From an uncultured Chloroflexia bacterium (GTDB lineage Bacteria; Chloroflexota; Anaerolineae; Anaerolineales; UBA4823): a stretch of 64,000 nt of DNA. The stretch lies in the NCBI GenBank assembly GCA_963842455.1, contig CAWJHE010000009.1:18485-82484 (forward strand), read 5' to 3'. The position numbers and the translations under genes are program-made. The notes beneath the pieces are model-generated. The model was not told the origin of the DNA. It saw only the letters and a list, made by a program, of their open reading frames with translations, and made no database searches. This document shows, in pieces, positions 39,635 to 49,005 of this stretch (within the stretch, counting starts at the first letter, position 1; each line of letters starts with the position of its first letter).

Positions 39635-41091
39635 AGAAGAAACCCATCCATGTTCTTTTTCTGGCATCCGAGGCAGATCCGCTCATCAAAGTAGGCGGAC
39701 TGGGCGATGTAGCCGGGTCGTTACCCCATGCATTGCGACAGATTCAGACATGCCGATGGGAAGATATCGAGATCGATGCTCGTCTGGTGCTCCCTTTTCA
39801 GCCAGCTATTCGCAATAGACTGCCTGAGTTTGAATTTCTGTTTGAGTTTTACGTTCCAACTACGGAAGCCCCCATCCCAGCTCAGGTATACCGGACACAA
39901 TTGAAAAGTGTGCCCACTTATTTGATCTCGGCCGCGCCGATTGACAAAGGCTCACCGGTTTACAGCCCTGAGGCAGCCATCGATGGACCCAAATATGTCT
40001 TCTTTTCCCTGGCAGCTCTCGAACTTGCCAAAGCTCTCAACTGGAAAATCGATATCCTGCATGCCAATGACTGGCATACAGCCCTGGCAATTTACGCACT
40101 AAAGCAGAAACATGGCACAGATCCTTTTTTCCAGCATACCCGCTCAGTTCTGACCATCCACAATCTGCCCTTTATGGGGGCAGGAACAGAAGCTGCCTTC
40201 GATACCTCAGGTTTACTTCCCAGCCGTTACCCGCACCTGCCCTGGTGGGCGCGCAAACATCCCCTACCCCTGGGTTTGCAGACCGCCGACCGAATTGTGG
40301 CTGTTTCTCCTACCTATGCCCGAGAAATTCTCACGCCTGAATCCGGTTTTGGGTTAGAAAAACTTCTCCATCTCCGCCGCAAATCGATCTCGGGAATCCT
40401 AAACGGCATCGATTATGAAAGCTGGGACCCGGCTAAAGACACACAAATCGCAGCAAATTTTGATGATAAAACCCTTGAAAGCCGATCACTGAACAAAGAG
40501 GACTTGATTAAGAAATTTTCTTTGGACCCTGACCCGCGCATCCCATTGCTGATCCTAATTTCCCGCATGGACCAACAAAAAGGGGTTGATCTGGCGCTGG
40601 CAGGTCTTTCTCAAAGCAGCCAGTCTAAATGGCAGGCCATCTTGCTGGGCACTGGCGACCCCAAGCTGGAAAAAGTCAGCCAGCAACTCGAAAAAGATTT
40701 CCCTACCCGGGTTCGTACGATCCTGCGCTTTGACGCCCAACAAGCGCGGCGCATGTATGCCGCCGGCGACATCCTGTTGATGCCCTCTCGATATGAACCA
40801 TGCGGTCTGGCGCAAATAATCGCCATGCGTTATGGTTGTGTACCATTGGCGCGTGCCACCGGCGGCTTGCAGGATACCATCCAGGATATCTCCGAAGCTG
40901 GCGAAGAGGGGACTGGTTTTCTGTTCAAAGAAGCTTCCGTTCCGGCATTCACCGCAGCACTGCAAACAGCCCTGAAAGTCTACACAGACCCGGAGCGCTG
41001 GGCGCTGCTGCAAAAGCAGGGCATGCGCCAGGATTTCTCCTGGGAGAAATCAGCCAGCCAATATGCGAAGATTTACCTGGAATTGATCTAA
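39631..41091 (+). CDS. glgA: Glycogen (starch) synthase, GT5
   Basis: The N-terminus reads [25 protein letters not shown] (KXGGL-type). HANDWHTAL, the C-terminal [20 protein letters not shown] and ATGGLQDTI are present. It overlaps the pgi stop by 4 nt. Confidence 0.9.
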   Translation: MKKKPIHVLFLASEADPLIKVGGLGDVAGSLPHALRQIQTCRWEDIEIDARLVLPFQPAIRNRLPEFEFLFEFYVPTTEAPIPAQVYRTQLKSVPTYLISAAPIDKGSPVYSPEAAIDGPKYVFFSLAALELAKALNWKIDILHANDWHTALAIYALKQKHGTDPFFQHTRSVLTIHNLPFMGAGTEAAFDTSGLLPSRYPHLPWWARKHPLPLGLQTADRIVAVSPTYAREILTPESGFGLEKLLHLRRKSISGILNGIDYESWDPAKDTQIAANFDDKTLESRSLNKEDLIKKFSLDPDPRIPLLILISRMDQQKGVDLALAGLSQSSQSKWQAILLGTGDPKLEKVSQQLEKDFPTRVRTILRFDAQQARRMYAAGDILLMPSRYEPCGLAQIIAMRYGCVPLARATGGLQDTIQDISEAGEEGTGFLFKEASVPAFTAALQTALKVYTDPERWALLQKQGMRQDFSWEKSASQYAKIYLELI

Positions 41092-41113
41092 AAAATAATC
41101 TTTTCAGGCAAGT

Positions 41114-41317
41114 ATGACAGGTATGACCTGGGGCAACCTGGCTACCCATCTAAACAAACTTGAAGAAGCCGGTTATATTGAAATCCAGAAATCATTTAAA
41201 GGTTAGAAACCACAATCAACCCTGGGGATGACTGAATTTGGACGGACCGCGTTCCAAACTTATCGGGAGACGATAAAACAAGTTTTCGATGATAAGTTCA
41301 TCACACTTCTCAAGTAA
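41114..41317 (+). pseudogene. Remnant of a winged-helix transcriptional regulator (N-terminus missing, in-frame TAG at 41204)
   Basis: MTGMTWGNLATHLNKLEEAGYIEIQKSFKG*KPQSTLGMTEFGRTAFQTYRETIKQVF matches the C-terminal two-thirds of small wHTH regulators (GNLS.HL.KLEEAGY..V.K.F.GRKP.T.Y.LT..GR.AF). The stop sits where those regulators have Arg. Confidence 0.5.
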
Positions 41318-41355
41318 CGCAAAGTGATCCAATGGATCAAGTTTCAAAAAAAAAC

Positions 41356-42159
41356 CTAATGGGAAATAACGGGCACGGTCGCAAATTCAACACCTAGTTT
41401 AGTCAAAGCAGCCTTCCCGCGCACTGTCAGATCAGTAATAAAATGAAATTGCTGGCGCGGATCTATCGGATAAGCCTTCAAGCGGTAGTGAGTCCCCCAT
41501 GGTTTTTCCATGACAATCACCACAACCGGTTGTTGGATCTGCAAGTAGGCGCTGGTCATAGCTACATCATGCAAAGTGTGTTTCACCTGAGCTGCATCAT
41601 GGTTGGGATGAAGGTAGAAATCGGTCACACAGAGCAAATTCTGCCCGCCATCATTCGAGTTATAAATCAACTGATCCCACAGCTTTAAATGAGGAATGAC
41701 AACAACCGTATCATCCGGGGTGACAATATCGACCGCCCTCATATTGATGGCCTTTACTTCTCCATATGCTCCATTGACTTCAATCCAGTCGCCAGGCCGG
41801 TAGGGCATTTCAAACAAAGTGACTATGCCTGCGATCAAGCTGCTGACATAATCCTTGAAAGCAAAGCCCAAAGCTAAACCCAGCGCGCCCAAGAGAGCAA
41901 CTAAGTTCTCGAAAGTTGGCTTAATAATCCGGGGAATGATCAATAGGACAGCCACCAGGATAATAATCAATCGCAATACAGGAGCCAGAGCCAGGAAGAC
42001 GAGGCGTAATTTTCCAGAAGTCCTGTCCGCCAACCAGGGAAACAGACGCTGGCTCAGAAAGATAAGCAGCCAGGCAACAACCAGTATCAAACCTACCTGA
42101 ATTAGGCTGGCTTGCGTAAACTGGCGAAATATTTCAGATACGTTACCTGAACCATTCAT
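41356..42159 (-). CDS. Small-conductance mechanosensitive channel (MscS family)
   Basis: Three N-terminal TM helices are followed by AGIVTLFEMPYRPGDWIEVNGAYGEVKAINMRAVDIVTPDDTVVVIPHLKLW, the MscS beta-domain signature. Confidence 0.85.
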   Translation of the reverse strand: MNGSGNVSEIFRQFTQASLIQVGLILVVAWLLIFLSQRLFPWLADRTSGKLRLVFLALAPVLRLIIILVAVLLIIPRIIKPTFENLVALLGALGLALGFAFKDYVSSLIAGIVTLFEMPYRPGDWIEVNGAYGEVKAINMRAVDIVTPDDTVVVIPHLKLWDQLIYNSNDGGQNLLCVTDFYLHPNHDAAQVKHTLHDVAMTSAYLQIQQPVVVIVMEKPWGTHYRLKAYPIDPRQQFHFITDLTVRGKAALTKLGVEFATVPVISH

Positions 42160-42168
42160 CGGCTACTC

Positions 42169-43407
42169 CTAAAATTGATCGACCAGATAACCGCCTGATT
42201 GAAGAAATTCTCGCACAACCGGATAACCCAAACTCGTCACACGCCAAGTTTCTCCACGTTGCTCTGTTAGATTTACTTCTTTCAAGCGGATGAGAGTCTC
42301 CGTTACAAGATTCGGCGAGAGCGGTAGGAGTTGTTGTAACAGCTCAAGAGAAAGACCATTGTGCAAAAGCAAGCTTTGGAAAACAAAGGCCTCATGATGC
42401 CCTGCATTCCCTGGAAGATCTGGGATATTCAACTGGTCCCATGGGGTTACCCAAATGGTTTCTTGACTGAATTGGCGATCTTCCTTATCAATATTTTCGG
42501 ATAGGACTTCATCAGGCTCTGTCCGCAAACTAAACCGCCAGCCCGCCAGGGCGACACCCAAATTTCCACGGCTGAACGCTGCCAGCAGCTGCAAAAAAGA
42601 ACTCATTTCACCGGCGGACTCTTGTGAATCGGGGTTTGGCAAAACACATTTACCATCATCAGCCTGTCGAAAACGAAAATTTCTTCCTGTCAATTCAGAA
42701 GCAGCATTTTGAAATGTCTCAGATAACCGCTCACGATCAAAGGCTTGGAGAGTCAGCGTATAGGGCAATTTTCCATGCCAGATATGTCCCAAATAAGACC
42801 ACGCCCAACTATCACAACCAAGGATGCCACGACCTAATCCACCCGCATAAGCCAGGTCAAGAATTCGGCGGACCAGCTTCAAGCCTTCCGCATGGCGTAA
42901 ATAGGCTTTCTCTAAACAGGGAAATACCCATGGCTGGTCATCCTGGATTTGCGCCGTCAGCCAGGAGTCGTCACCATCCAAAATTTGCTGTGGGGAAGGA
43001 GGTCTAATTAAATTCCAATCATGCGACTCAGCCCAATCCTGCAGGATATGAGTGTACCCACTGTGAGGTGGACCAACCAGTACACATACAGGCAAGTCGG
43101 TTTCATCTCGCTCTAACCAGGTTTTTAATTCACGATCCAATGATGCGACTGCATCATCCCAAGTAGGAGGTGGGGCAATTTTATTTAATTGCCAATCAGG
43201 TAACGTCCTGAGCTCGTCCGTTGATTTAAGCGGTGATGCGATCTCTTCATGTTGCTGGCTGAACAATCGCCGAAACCCTGCAATCCCTTTTTTTACCGTA
43301 TGGGTGACGGGTGCTGCAGGTAGGATATAATCTGCTAAGGGAACAAATCGCCAGAGCTGGATATCTGATTGATCTGTTTCGGAATTGGATTCCATCATAA
43401 TCACCAC
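42169..43407 (-). CDS. Hypothetical protein with a degenerate P-loop (GPPHSGYT) and a C-terminal winged-helix-like region
   Basis: VCVLVGPPHSGYT (codons at 43051-43074) resembles Walker A with Tyr where the invariant Lys should be. The C-terminus LIRLKEVNLTEQRGETWRVTSLGYPVVREFL looks like a wHTH. It lies 9 nt upstream of the MscS gene on the same strand. The start is GTG 43407 or ATG 43401. Confidence 0.55.
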   Translation of the reverse strand: MVIMMESNSETDQSDIQLWRFVPLADYILPAAPVTHTVKKGIAGFRRLFSQQHEEIASPLKSTDELRTLPDWQLNKIAPPPTWDDAVASLDRELKTWLERDETDLPVCVLVGPPHSGYTHILQDWAESHDWNLIRPPSPQQILDGDDSWLTAQIQDDQPWVFPCLEKAYLRHAEGLKLVRRILDLAYAGGLGRGILGCDSWAWSYLGHIWHGKLPYTLTLQAFDRERLSETFQNAASELTGRNFRFRQADDGKCVLPNPDSQESAGEMSSFLQLLAAFSRGNLGVALAGWRFSLRTEPDEVLSENIDKEDRQFSQETIWVTPWDQLNIPDLPGNAGHHEAFVFQSLLLHNGLSLELLQQLLPLSPNLVTETLIRLKEVNLTEQRGETWRVTSLGYPVVREFLQSGGYLVDQF

Positions 43408-43680
43408 CTGATTTTCCCTTAAGCTAATCTCCCAGCTCAGGCTTTTGATGCCACGCCGATAAAGTTCACAAGAATTTTATCATCTAAGTAGCCTTACTTT
43501 TCAAAAAACATCTCCATATTTTCTACTTCACCTCACGCAACATTTTGCACGGCCCACGAAGTGCGATTGACTTTTCCAATCCAATGGCTTAGATATTTCA
43601 AACCTCACAGCGTCGACAGAATTTCGCAAATATCAGGTATAGTACAATAGATAAAAGGAGAAAATATTCAAGGAAATATT

Positions 43681-45441
43681 ATGTTAGATGCTCCCAGTAT
43701 AAATTTATTACGTAACCAGATTGATTTCTCAACAGTCCCCTTCAGCGACCGTGGATCCAGGTTGTTAATCTTCCTGAACCCCGAGCAGCATAATCTCTAT
43801 ATTCGATTGGCTGAAAGGTTGACCAGCCTGGAATCAAATATCGAAGCCTATTTACACCGCCCGCCGTTTATCCATGATCTTTGTTTTGTGGATCAACACG
43901 GGGAAAAATTAACCTTTGAAACAACAACCTACCCTCATGCGCTCTATTTCAACACCAGGCTGGGCGATTTTGGTCTGGTTTTTCAAGATAGGCGCAGCCT
44001 GTCCTTTGGCATACCACCGCAAACCATTGCGGGTCTGCGCTTCTATGTTAAGCCTCAGTTTTGGAAAAAGACTGAACAGGGCGGTGAATTTAAATCTATC
44101 CGCGATCTATTCTACACCACCAATGCTGAGGTAATTGACAACCAGATTATCCCGGAAAATGGCGGATACCTGGTGCAGTTCATCATCAAATCGGGTGAGG
44201 ACAGTACAGTCACCATTCAAGTTGGCAGCTCGACGACACAACTGGAGCAAACCATGCCCTTCTCGCAGGCCTATGAGGCTGCAGAGGCCCGCTGGAAAGC
44301 CTGGTTTGCAAAAGCCCCCCCTGTTGCAGAGAAATACGTACGCACCTATTCCTACGCCTGGTGGATTATGGGCAACAACCTGATCTTGCCTCAAGGCAGC
44401 GTAGTCTATGAAGCCATGATGCCTTCCAAAGTAAATTACGTTGGCCTGTGGTTGTGGGATAGCGCCATGCACACCCTGGCTTATCGGCATGTGGACCCAG
44501 AGCTGGCGCGTAACCAAATTCGCGCCATGCTTGCTTGCCAGCTCCCGGATGGCATGCTGCCAGATGCTGTCTACGATGAGGGTATAATCGCCGAAATTGA
44601 CCACCCCATTTTGGCAGAAGTCACCAAACCCCCGATCTTAGCCTGGGCGGCATTAAAATTACACCAGACCGCACCTGACCTGGAGTTTTTAAAAGAAATT
44701 TACATCCCCCTGGTGCGTTGGAACGCCTGGTGGTTCAGCATGAATGATGATGACGTGGATGGTCTGGCCCAGTACAACCACCCTTATTCATCCGGGCTGG
44801 ATGATAATCCCTTATGGGACTACGGTATGCCGGTCGAATCCCCGGATTTGAACACCTACTTGTGCGTCCAAATGGGTTCACTCGCCATGATTGCAGAGAT
44901 ACTAGGGATGGATGCAGAAGCTGGGATGTGGCGGCGGCGTTCAGCTGCCATTGTCAGGCGCATGATAGAAGACTTTTGGGATGCAGAAGCAGGGATTTTC
45001 CGAGCTATGCACGAAAACCAGCCAGTTCCAGTCATCACACCATTCAATCTTTATCCTTTATGGAGTGGGCAATTACCCAAAGAAATTCAGGATCGTATCC
45101 TGCAACACCTGTCTGATCCCAATGAGTTTTGGGGGGAGCACGCCATCCCCTCCGTTGCCTATTCTGATCCGCATTACAATTCCGAAACAATGTGGCGAGG
45201 TCCGGTATGGGTAAATATCAATTACTTCTTCATTGAAGCGCTTCAACAAATCGGTGAAGTTGAATTGGCGAGAGAATTAACCCAAAAGACCTTAGAGTTG
45301 ATCATGCACAACCCAGGGATTTACGAGTATTACAATTCCAAAAATGGAGAACCGCCAGAGAAATCTGCTCAGGCTTTTGGCTGGACAGCAGCTGTCTTCA
45401 TTGACTTAGCTATTTCGGCTAGTGCAGATCTCGACGAGTAA
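43681..45441 (+). CDS. GH63-like (alpha/alpha)6 glycoside hydrolase (mannosyl-/glucosylglycerate hydrolase- or trehalase-like)
   Basis: GLWLWDSAMHT, NHPYSSGLDDNPLWD, MWRGPVWVNINYFFIEAL and YEYYNSKNGEP....AQAFGWTAAVFIDL match clan GH-G enzymes (GH63/GH37 type). An N-terminal region of about 200 aa comes first. Substrate cannot be inferred from sequence alone. Confidence 0.7.
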   Translation: MLDAPSINLLRNQIDFSTVPFSDRGSRLLIFLNPEQHNLYIRLAERLTSLESNIEAYLHRPPFIHDLCFVDQHGEKLTFETTTYPHALYFNTRLGDFGLVFQDRRSLSFGIPPQTIAGLRFYVKPQFWKKTEQGGEFKSIRDLFYTTNAEVIDNQIIPENGGYLVQFIIKSGEDSTVTIQVGSSTTQLEQTMPFSQAYEAAEARWKAWFAKAPPVAEKYVRTYSYAWWIMGNNLILPQGSVVYEAMMPSKVNYVGLWLWDSAMHTLAYRHVDPELARNQIRAMLACQLPDGMLPDAVYDEGIIAEIDHPILAEVTKPPILAWAALKLHQTAPDLEFLKEIYIPLVRWNAWWFSMNDDDVDGLAQYNHPYSSGLDDNPLWDYGMPVESPDLNTYLCVQMGSLAMIAEILGMDAEAGMWRRRSAAIVRRMIEDFWDAEAGIFRAMHENQPVPVITPFNLYPLWSGQLPKEIQDRILQHLSDPNEFWGEHAIPSVAYSDPHYNSETMWRGPVWVNINYFFIEALQQIGEVELARELTQKTLELIMHNPGIYEYYNSKNGEPPEKSAQAFGWTAAVFIDLAISASADLDE

Positions 45442-45452
45442 AAGAGGCATCT

Positions 45453-46940
45453 ATGAGCAATTGTCATGATGAAGAAAAAAGAGCCCTCTCCCCAGTTTTA
45501 ATTGCATCTAACCGCGGACCGGTGACCATTCAGAAAGATGAGGCTGGCATTATTGAATTCCATCGCGGGGCAGGTGGTTTAGTGACCGCTTTGACGGGTT
45601 TAACTCACCAGGTGGATGCTGCCTGGATATCCTGCGCTAATACACCAGAAGATAGCGAGTGGCATGAGGGAAAAGCGACTCTGATAGATAATGGCTCAGA
45701 TGTTGATATTAAGTTTCTTTCCCCAAGTCCTGAAGCTTACGATGGTTACTACAATGTGATTGCCAATCCACTGCTCTGGTTTTTGCAGCACTCCATGTGG
45801 GACGTGCCCAATGCTCCAATCATTAACAAAGAAACCTGGAAAGCCTGGGATGATGGCTATGTGACCGTGAACAAGCTTTTTGCCAATCGGATTGCGGAAA
45901 TTTGCGCTTCAGAATACAAACCCGGATTGGTGATGCTCCAGGACTATCACCTTTACCTGGTTGCCAAATATCTTCGACAGCAGTTACGCCCACGCCAACG
46001 CCCGATCATATCCCACTTTATCCACATTCCCTGGCCCGGTCCGGAATACTGGGGGATCTTACCCCCCACCATGCGGCAGGCCATCTTCGAAGGCTTATGT
46101 GCTGTGGACATGTTGGGTTTTCAGACACATAACGACGCATTGAACTTTATTCGCACGTGTGAATCATACCTGCCAAGAGCCAGTGTAAGTTTCAAGCATA
46201 ATCGTGTCTGGTACCGCAATCATGCCACCTATGTTCGCGATTTTCCCATATCAATCGATGTGCAAGCGTTAAAACAAATGGCAGAAAAACCTGATATTGC
46301 TATTTATGAAAACGAAATCGAAAACATGATAGGTGACCGGAAGTTAATCCTGCGCATCGACCGAATTGAGCCTAGTAAGAATATCGTGCGCGGCTTCCTA
46401 GCCTTCAAGGAGTTTCTTGACCTTTACCCAGATTATCTCGGAAAAGTTTCCTTCCTGTGCCTGTTAGTACCTTCCAGGCTCGAGGTGGATGAATACAAAA
46501 ATTACCTGGACACCTTGATGGCGACCGCAGGACAAATCAATGCCCGTTATGGCACCCATGAATGGGAACCTATTCGAATTGTAGTGGGCGAAAACTATCC
46601 TCGCGCCGTAGCTGCTCTCAAGATGTATGACGTGCTCCTGGTCAACGCCATCGCGGATGGGATGAACCTGGTTGCAAAAGAAGGGCCGGTTGTAAATGAA
46701 AGAGATGGAGGCTTAATTCTTTCTGAACGGGCTGGTGCGCGTCAGCAATTAGAATCCGGAGCCCTTATCATTTCTCCATGCGACATTTACGCAACCGCCG
46801 AAGCTATTTACCAGACGCTGGTCTCACCGCAGGAAATACGCCACGAAAAATCAGAACGCCTGCGTCGCTTGATCGAGCGCGAAGACATCAACGATTGGCT
46901 CTGCCGGCAATTGGATACAATCTCAGAATTAAATTTGTAG
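45453..46940 (+). CDS. GT20-family glycosyltransferase (trehalose-6-phosphate synthase-like)
   Basis: ASNRGP, GAGGLVTAL, NPLLWFLQH, LQDYHLYL, FIHIPWP, IDRIEPSKN, VPSRLEV and ADGMNLVAKEG align by eye with OtsA catalytic and phosphate-binding positions. GT20 also contains glucosylglycerol-phosphate synthases, so the acceptor is not certain. Confidence 0.75.
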   Translation: MSNCHDEEKRALSPVLIASNRGPVTIQKDEAGIIEFHRGAGGLVTALTGLTHQVDAAWISCANTPEDSEWHEGKATLIDNGSDVDIKFLSPSPEAYDGYYNVIANPLLWFLQHSMWDVPNAPIINKETWKAWDDGYVTVNKLFANRIAEICASEYKPGLVMLQDYHLYLVAKYLRQQLRPRQRPIISHFIHIPWPGPEYWGILPPTMRQAIFEGLCAVDMLGFQTHNDALNFIRTCESYLPRASVSFKHNRVWYRNHATYVRDFPISIDVQALKQMAEKPDIAIYENEIENMIGDRKLILRIDRIEPSKNIVRGFLAFKEFLDLYPDYLGKVSFLCLLVPSRLEVDEYKNYLDTLMATAGQINARYGTHEWEPIRIVVGENYPRAVAALKMYDVLLVNAIADGMNLVAKEGPVVNERDGGLILSERAGARQQLESGALIISPCDIYATAEAIYQTLVSPQEIRHEKSERLRRLIEREDINDWLCRQLDTISELNL

Positions 46941-46956
46941 GTGAACCGAAAGAAAC

Positions 46957-48219
46957 GTGAAAAATCCACAAGTTGCTATCCTGCATTACAGCGCCCCGCC
47001 GATTGTTGGCGGGGTTGAAGCCGTCATGCTTGCGCATGCCCGTCTTTTCCACCAGAAAAACTACCCAACCACCATCCTGGCTGGTCGTGGCACACAAGAA
47101 GGCATCGGCTCATGTGCGCAGTTTATCCAAATCCCTGAAATCGACTCACAACATCCTGACATCCTGACAGCCAGTAACGCCTTAGAAAAAGGACAGGTTC
47201 CAGAAAACTTTGACCTGCTGGTCACGCAACTCGCAAAGAAACTTGCGCCAGTATTAAAGGAATTTGACACCCTGATCGTCCATAATATATTCACCAAGCA
47301 TTTCAACCTGCCATTGACGGCTGCGTTGCACCGCTTACTGGATCAGGGGTTCATCCAGCAGGGGATTGCCTGGTGTCATGATTTTACCTGGACCAGTCCA
47401 AGCTCTCGGAGCAAAGTCCATCCTGGTTATCCCTGGGATCTGTTAAGAACCCCACATCCACGCTTGAGCTATGTGGTGGTATCTGAAGAGCGCCAAAAGG
47501 ACCTGGCTGGCTTGTTTGAATGCCCGACAGAAGAAATCAGGGTCGTCTACAATGGCGTAGACCCGCAGGATTTACTCGGCTTATCTACGGAAGGTATGGC
47601 ATTAATCAACCGTTTGGGTTTGCTTAGCAGCGAACTGAACATCCTGATGCCGGTACGGGTCACCCAAGCTAAGAATATCGAATACGCCCTGAAAGTGGTC
47701 GCTGAGATTGCTTCACGCGGTATCCAGGTTAAACTGGTTCTTACTGGACCTCCCGACCCGCATGATGCCCAAAATATGGCTTATTACCAATCCTTACGCC
47801 AGGTTCGCCAGGAGCTTGGCATTGAGAACCAGATGCGCTTTGTCTTCGAATCCGGTCCTGACCCTGAACAGCCCTATCAGATTGATAGCCGTGTAGTTGG
47901 CGATCTATTCCGCATCAGCGACCTGCTCTTCATGCCCAGTCATAGGGAGGGCTTTGGCATGCCGGTTCTGGAAGCTGGCCTGGCAGGCATCCCAATTATT
48001 GCAAGCGAAATCCCAGCCGCGGTCGAAATCGCTGCAAATGAAGCGCTGCTGATCCAACCAGATCAGAACCCTGAAATCACTATTGTTCAAATTATCGATC
48101 TGGTCAAGCGTAACCCGATCAGCCGCTTCCGCCGGCAAGTGCGCCTGAATTACACCTGGGAAGCAATCTTCAAAAAAGAAATTGAACCCTTGCTGCAACA
48201 GGGGAGTCATCCATGCTGA
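46957..48219 (+). CDS. GT4-family glycosyltransferase, specificity unknown
   Basis: The start is GTG. The N-terminus reads VAILHYSAPPIVGGVEAVM. The C-terminal retaining-GT motif is FMPSHREGFGMPVLEAGLAGIPIIAS. It lies between the GT20 and phosphatase genes and overlaps the latter by 7 nt. Confidence 0.75.
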   Translation: MKNPQVAILHYSAPPIVGGVEAVMLAHARLFHQKNYPTTILAGRGTQEGIGSCAQFIQIPEIDSQHPDILTASNALEKGQVPENFDLLVTQLAKKLAPVLKEFDTLIVHNIFTKHFNLPLTAALHRLLDQGFIQQGIAWCHDFTWTSPSSRSKVHPGYPWDLLRTPHPRLSYVVVSEERQKDLAGLFECPTEEIRVVYNGVDPQDLLGLSTEGMALINRLGLLSSELNILMPVRVTQAKNIEYALKVVAEIASRGIQVKLVLTGPPDPHDAQNMAYYQSLRQVRQELGIENQMRFVFESGPDPEQPYQIDSRVVGDLFRISDLLFMPSHREGFGMPVLEAGLAGIPIIASEIPAAVEIAANEALLIQPDQNPEITIVQIIDLVKRNPISRFRRQVRLNYTWEAIFKKEIEPLLQQGSHPC

Positions 48220-48989
48220 GTGGTCCTCAAACTGAAATTGAGCGCATTTCCCAAGCAGAATGCCTGTGGTTATTTCTTGATTACGACGGCACCCTGGCAG
48301 ATTTTGCGCCTACACCGGATGATATCTTCCCCGATCCTGAAATCATCGCTTTGATCACCCACCTCAATCAGCATCCCAAAATCAGAGTAGCCGTTGTCAG
48401 CGGGCGGCGACTGGACCATTTGCGCGCCTTACTCCCCATCCCGGGCTTGACCCTAGCCGGCACCTATGGAGTGGAAATCTTGCTGCCAGATGGCAAGGTT
48501 CATAATCGCCTGGTGGTTGAGGATATTCGCCCCTACCTGGATGATCTCAAACCCCGCTGGCAGGATCTGATCACTAATTGTCAAGGTTTTTACTTGGAAG
48601 ATAAGGGCTGGTCCCTGGCGCTGCATGCTCGCTTCGCAGATGACCAAGAAGCCAGTCAAGTGTTGGAACAAGCCAAAGAGCTAGCCGCCGGCCAAATCAA
48701 CCTTAACCTGTTCCGCATCCTGGGAGGTCACAAATTTTTGGAAACTAGCCCCCAAAAAGCGAATAAGGGCAACACCATCCAATATTTATTGGAGCAGTAT
48801 CCTGCTGTTGAATGCCTGCCCATCTATATCGGCGATGACGATAAAGACGAAGAAGCCTTTCAAGTAATCAAGCAGAAAGGCGGCATTGCCATAATGGTTT
48901 CAGAAAAGCCAAGAATTAGCCATGCCGAATTGCGCTTGCCGGCTCCGCCAGCAGTGTTAAAATGGTTGCAATCACTCCTTATCAAATAA
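48213..48989 (+). CDS. HAD-IIB sugar-phosphate phosphatase (trehalose-phosphatase-like)
   Basis: LFLDYDGTLADFAPTPD (motif I), VVSGR, KANKG and IYIGDDDKDEEAF are the T6PP/OtsB-type pattern. Confidence 0.75.
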   Translation: MLSGPQTEIERISQAECLWLFLDYDGTLADFAPTPDDIFPDPEIIALITHLNQHPKIRVAVVSGRRLDHLRALLPIPGLTLAGTYGVEILLPDGKVHNRLVVEDIRPYLDDLKPRWQDLITNCQGFYLEDKGWSLALHARFADDQEASQVLEQAKELAAGQINLNLFRILGGHKFLETSPQKANKGNTIQYLLEQYPAVECLPIYIGDDDKDEEAFQVIKQKGGIAIMVSEKPRISHAELRLPAPPAVLKWLQSLLIK

Positions 48990-49005
48990 ACAGCGAGAAA
49001 CATTC

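Noticed and set aside
41320-41355. TGATCCA-A-TGGATCA inverted repeat followed by an A9 run, considered as a terminator
   Set aside because: On the plus strand it is followed by A residues, not U. On the minus strand the U-run precedes the stem. In neither orientation is it a rho-independent terminator.
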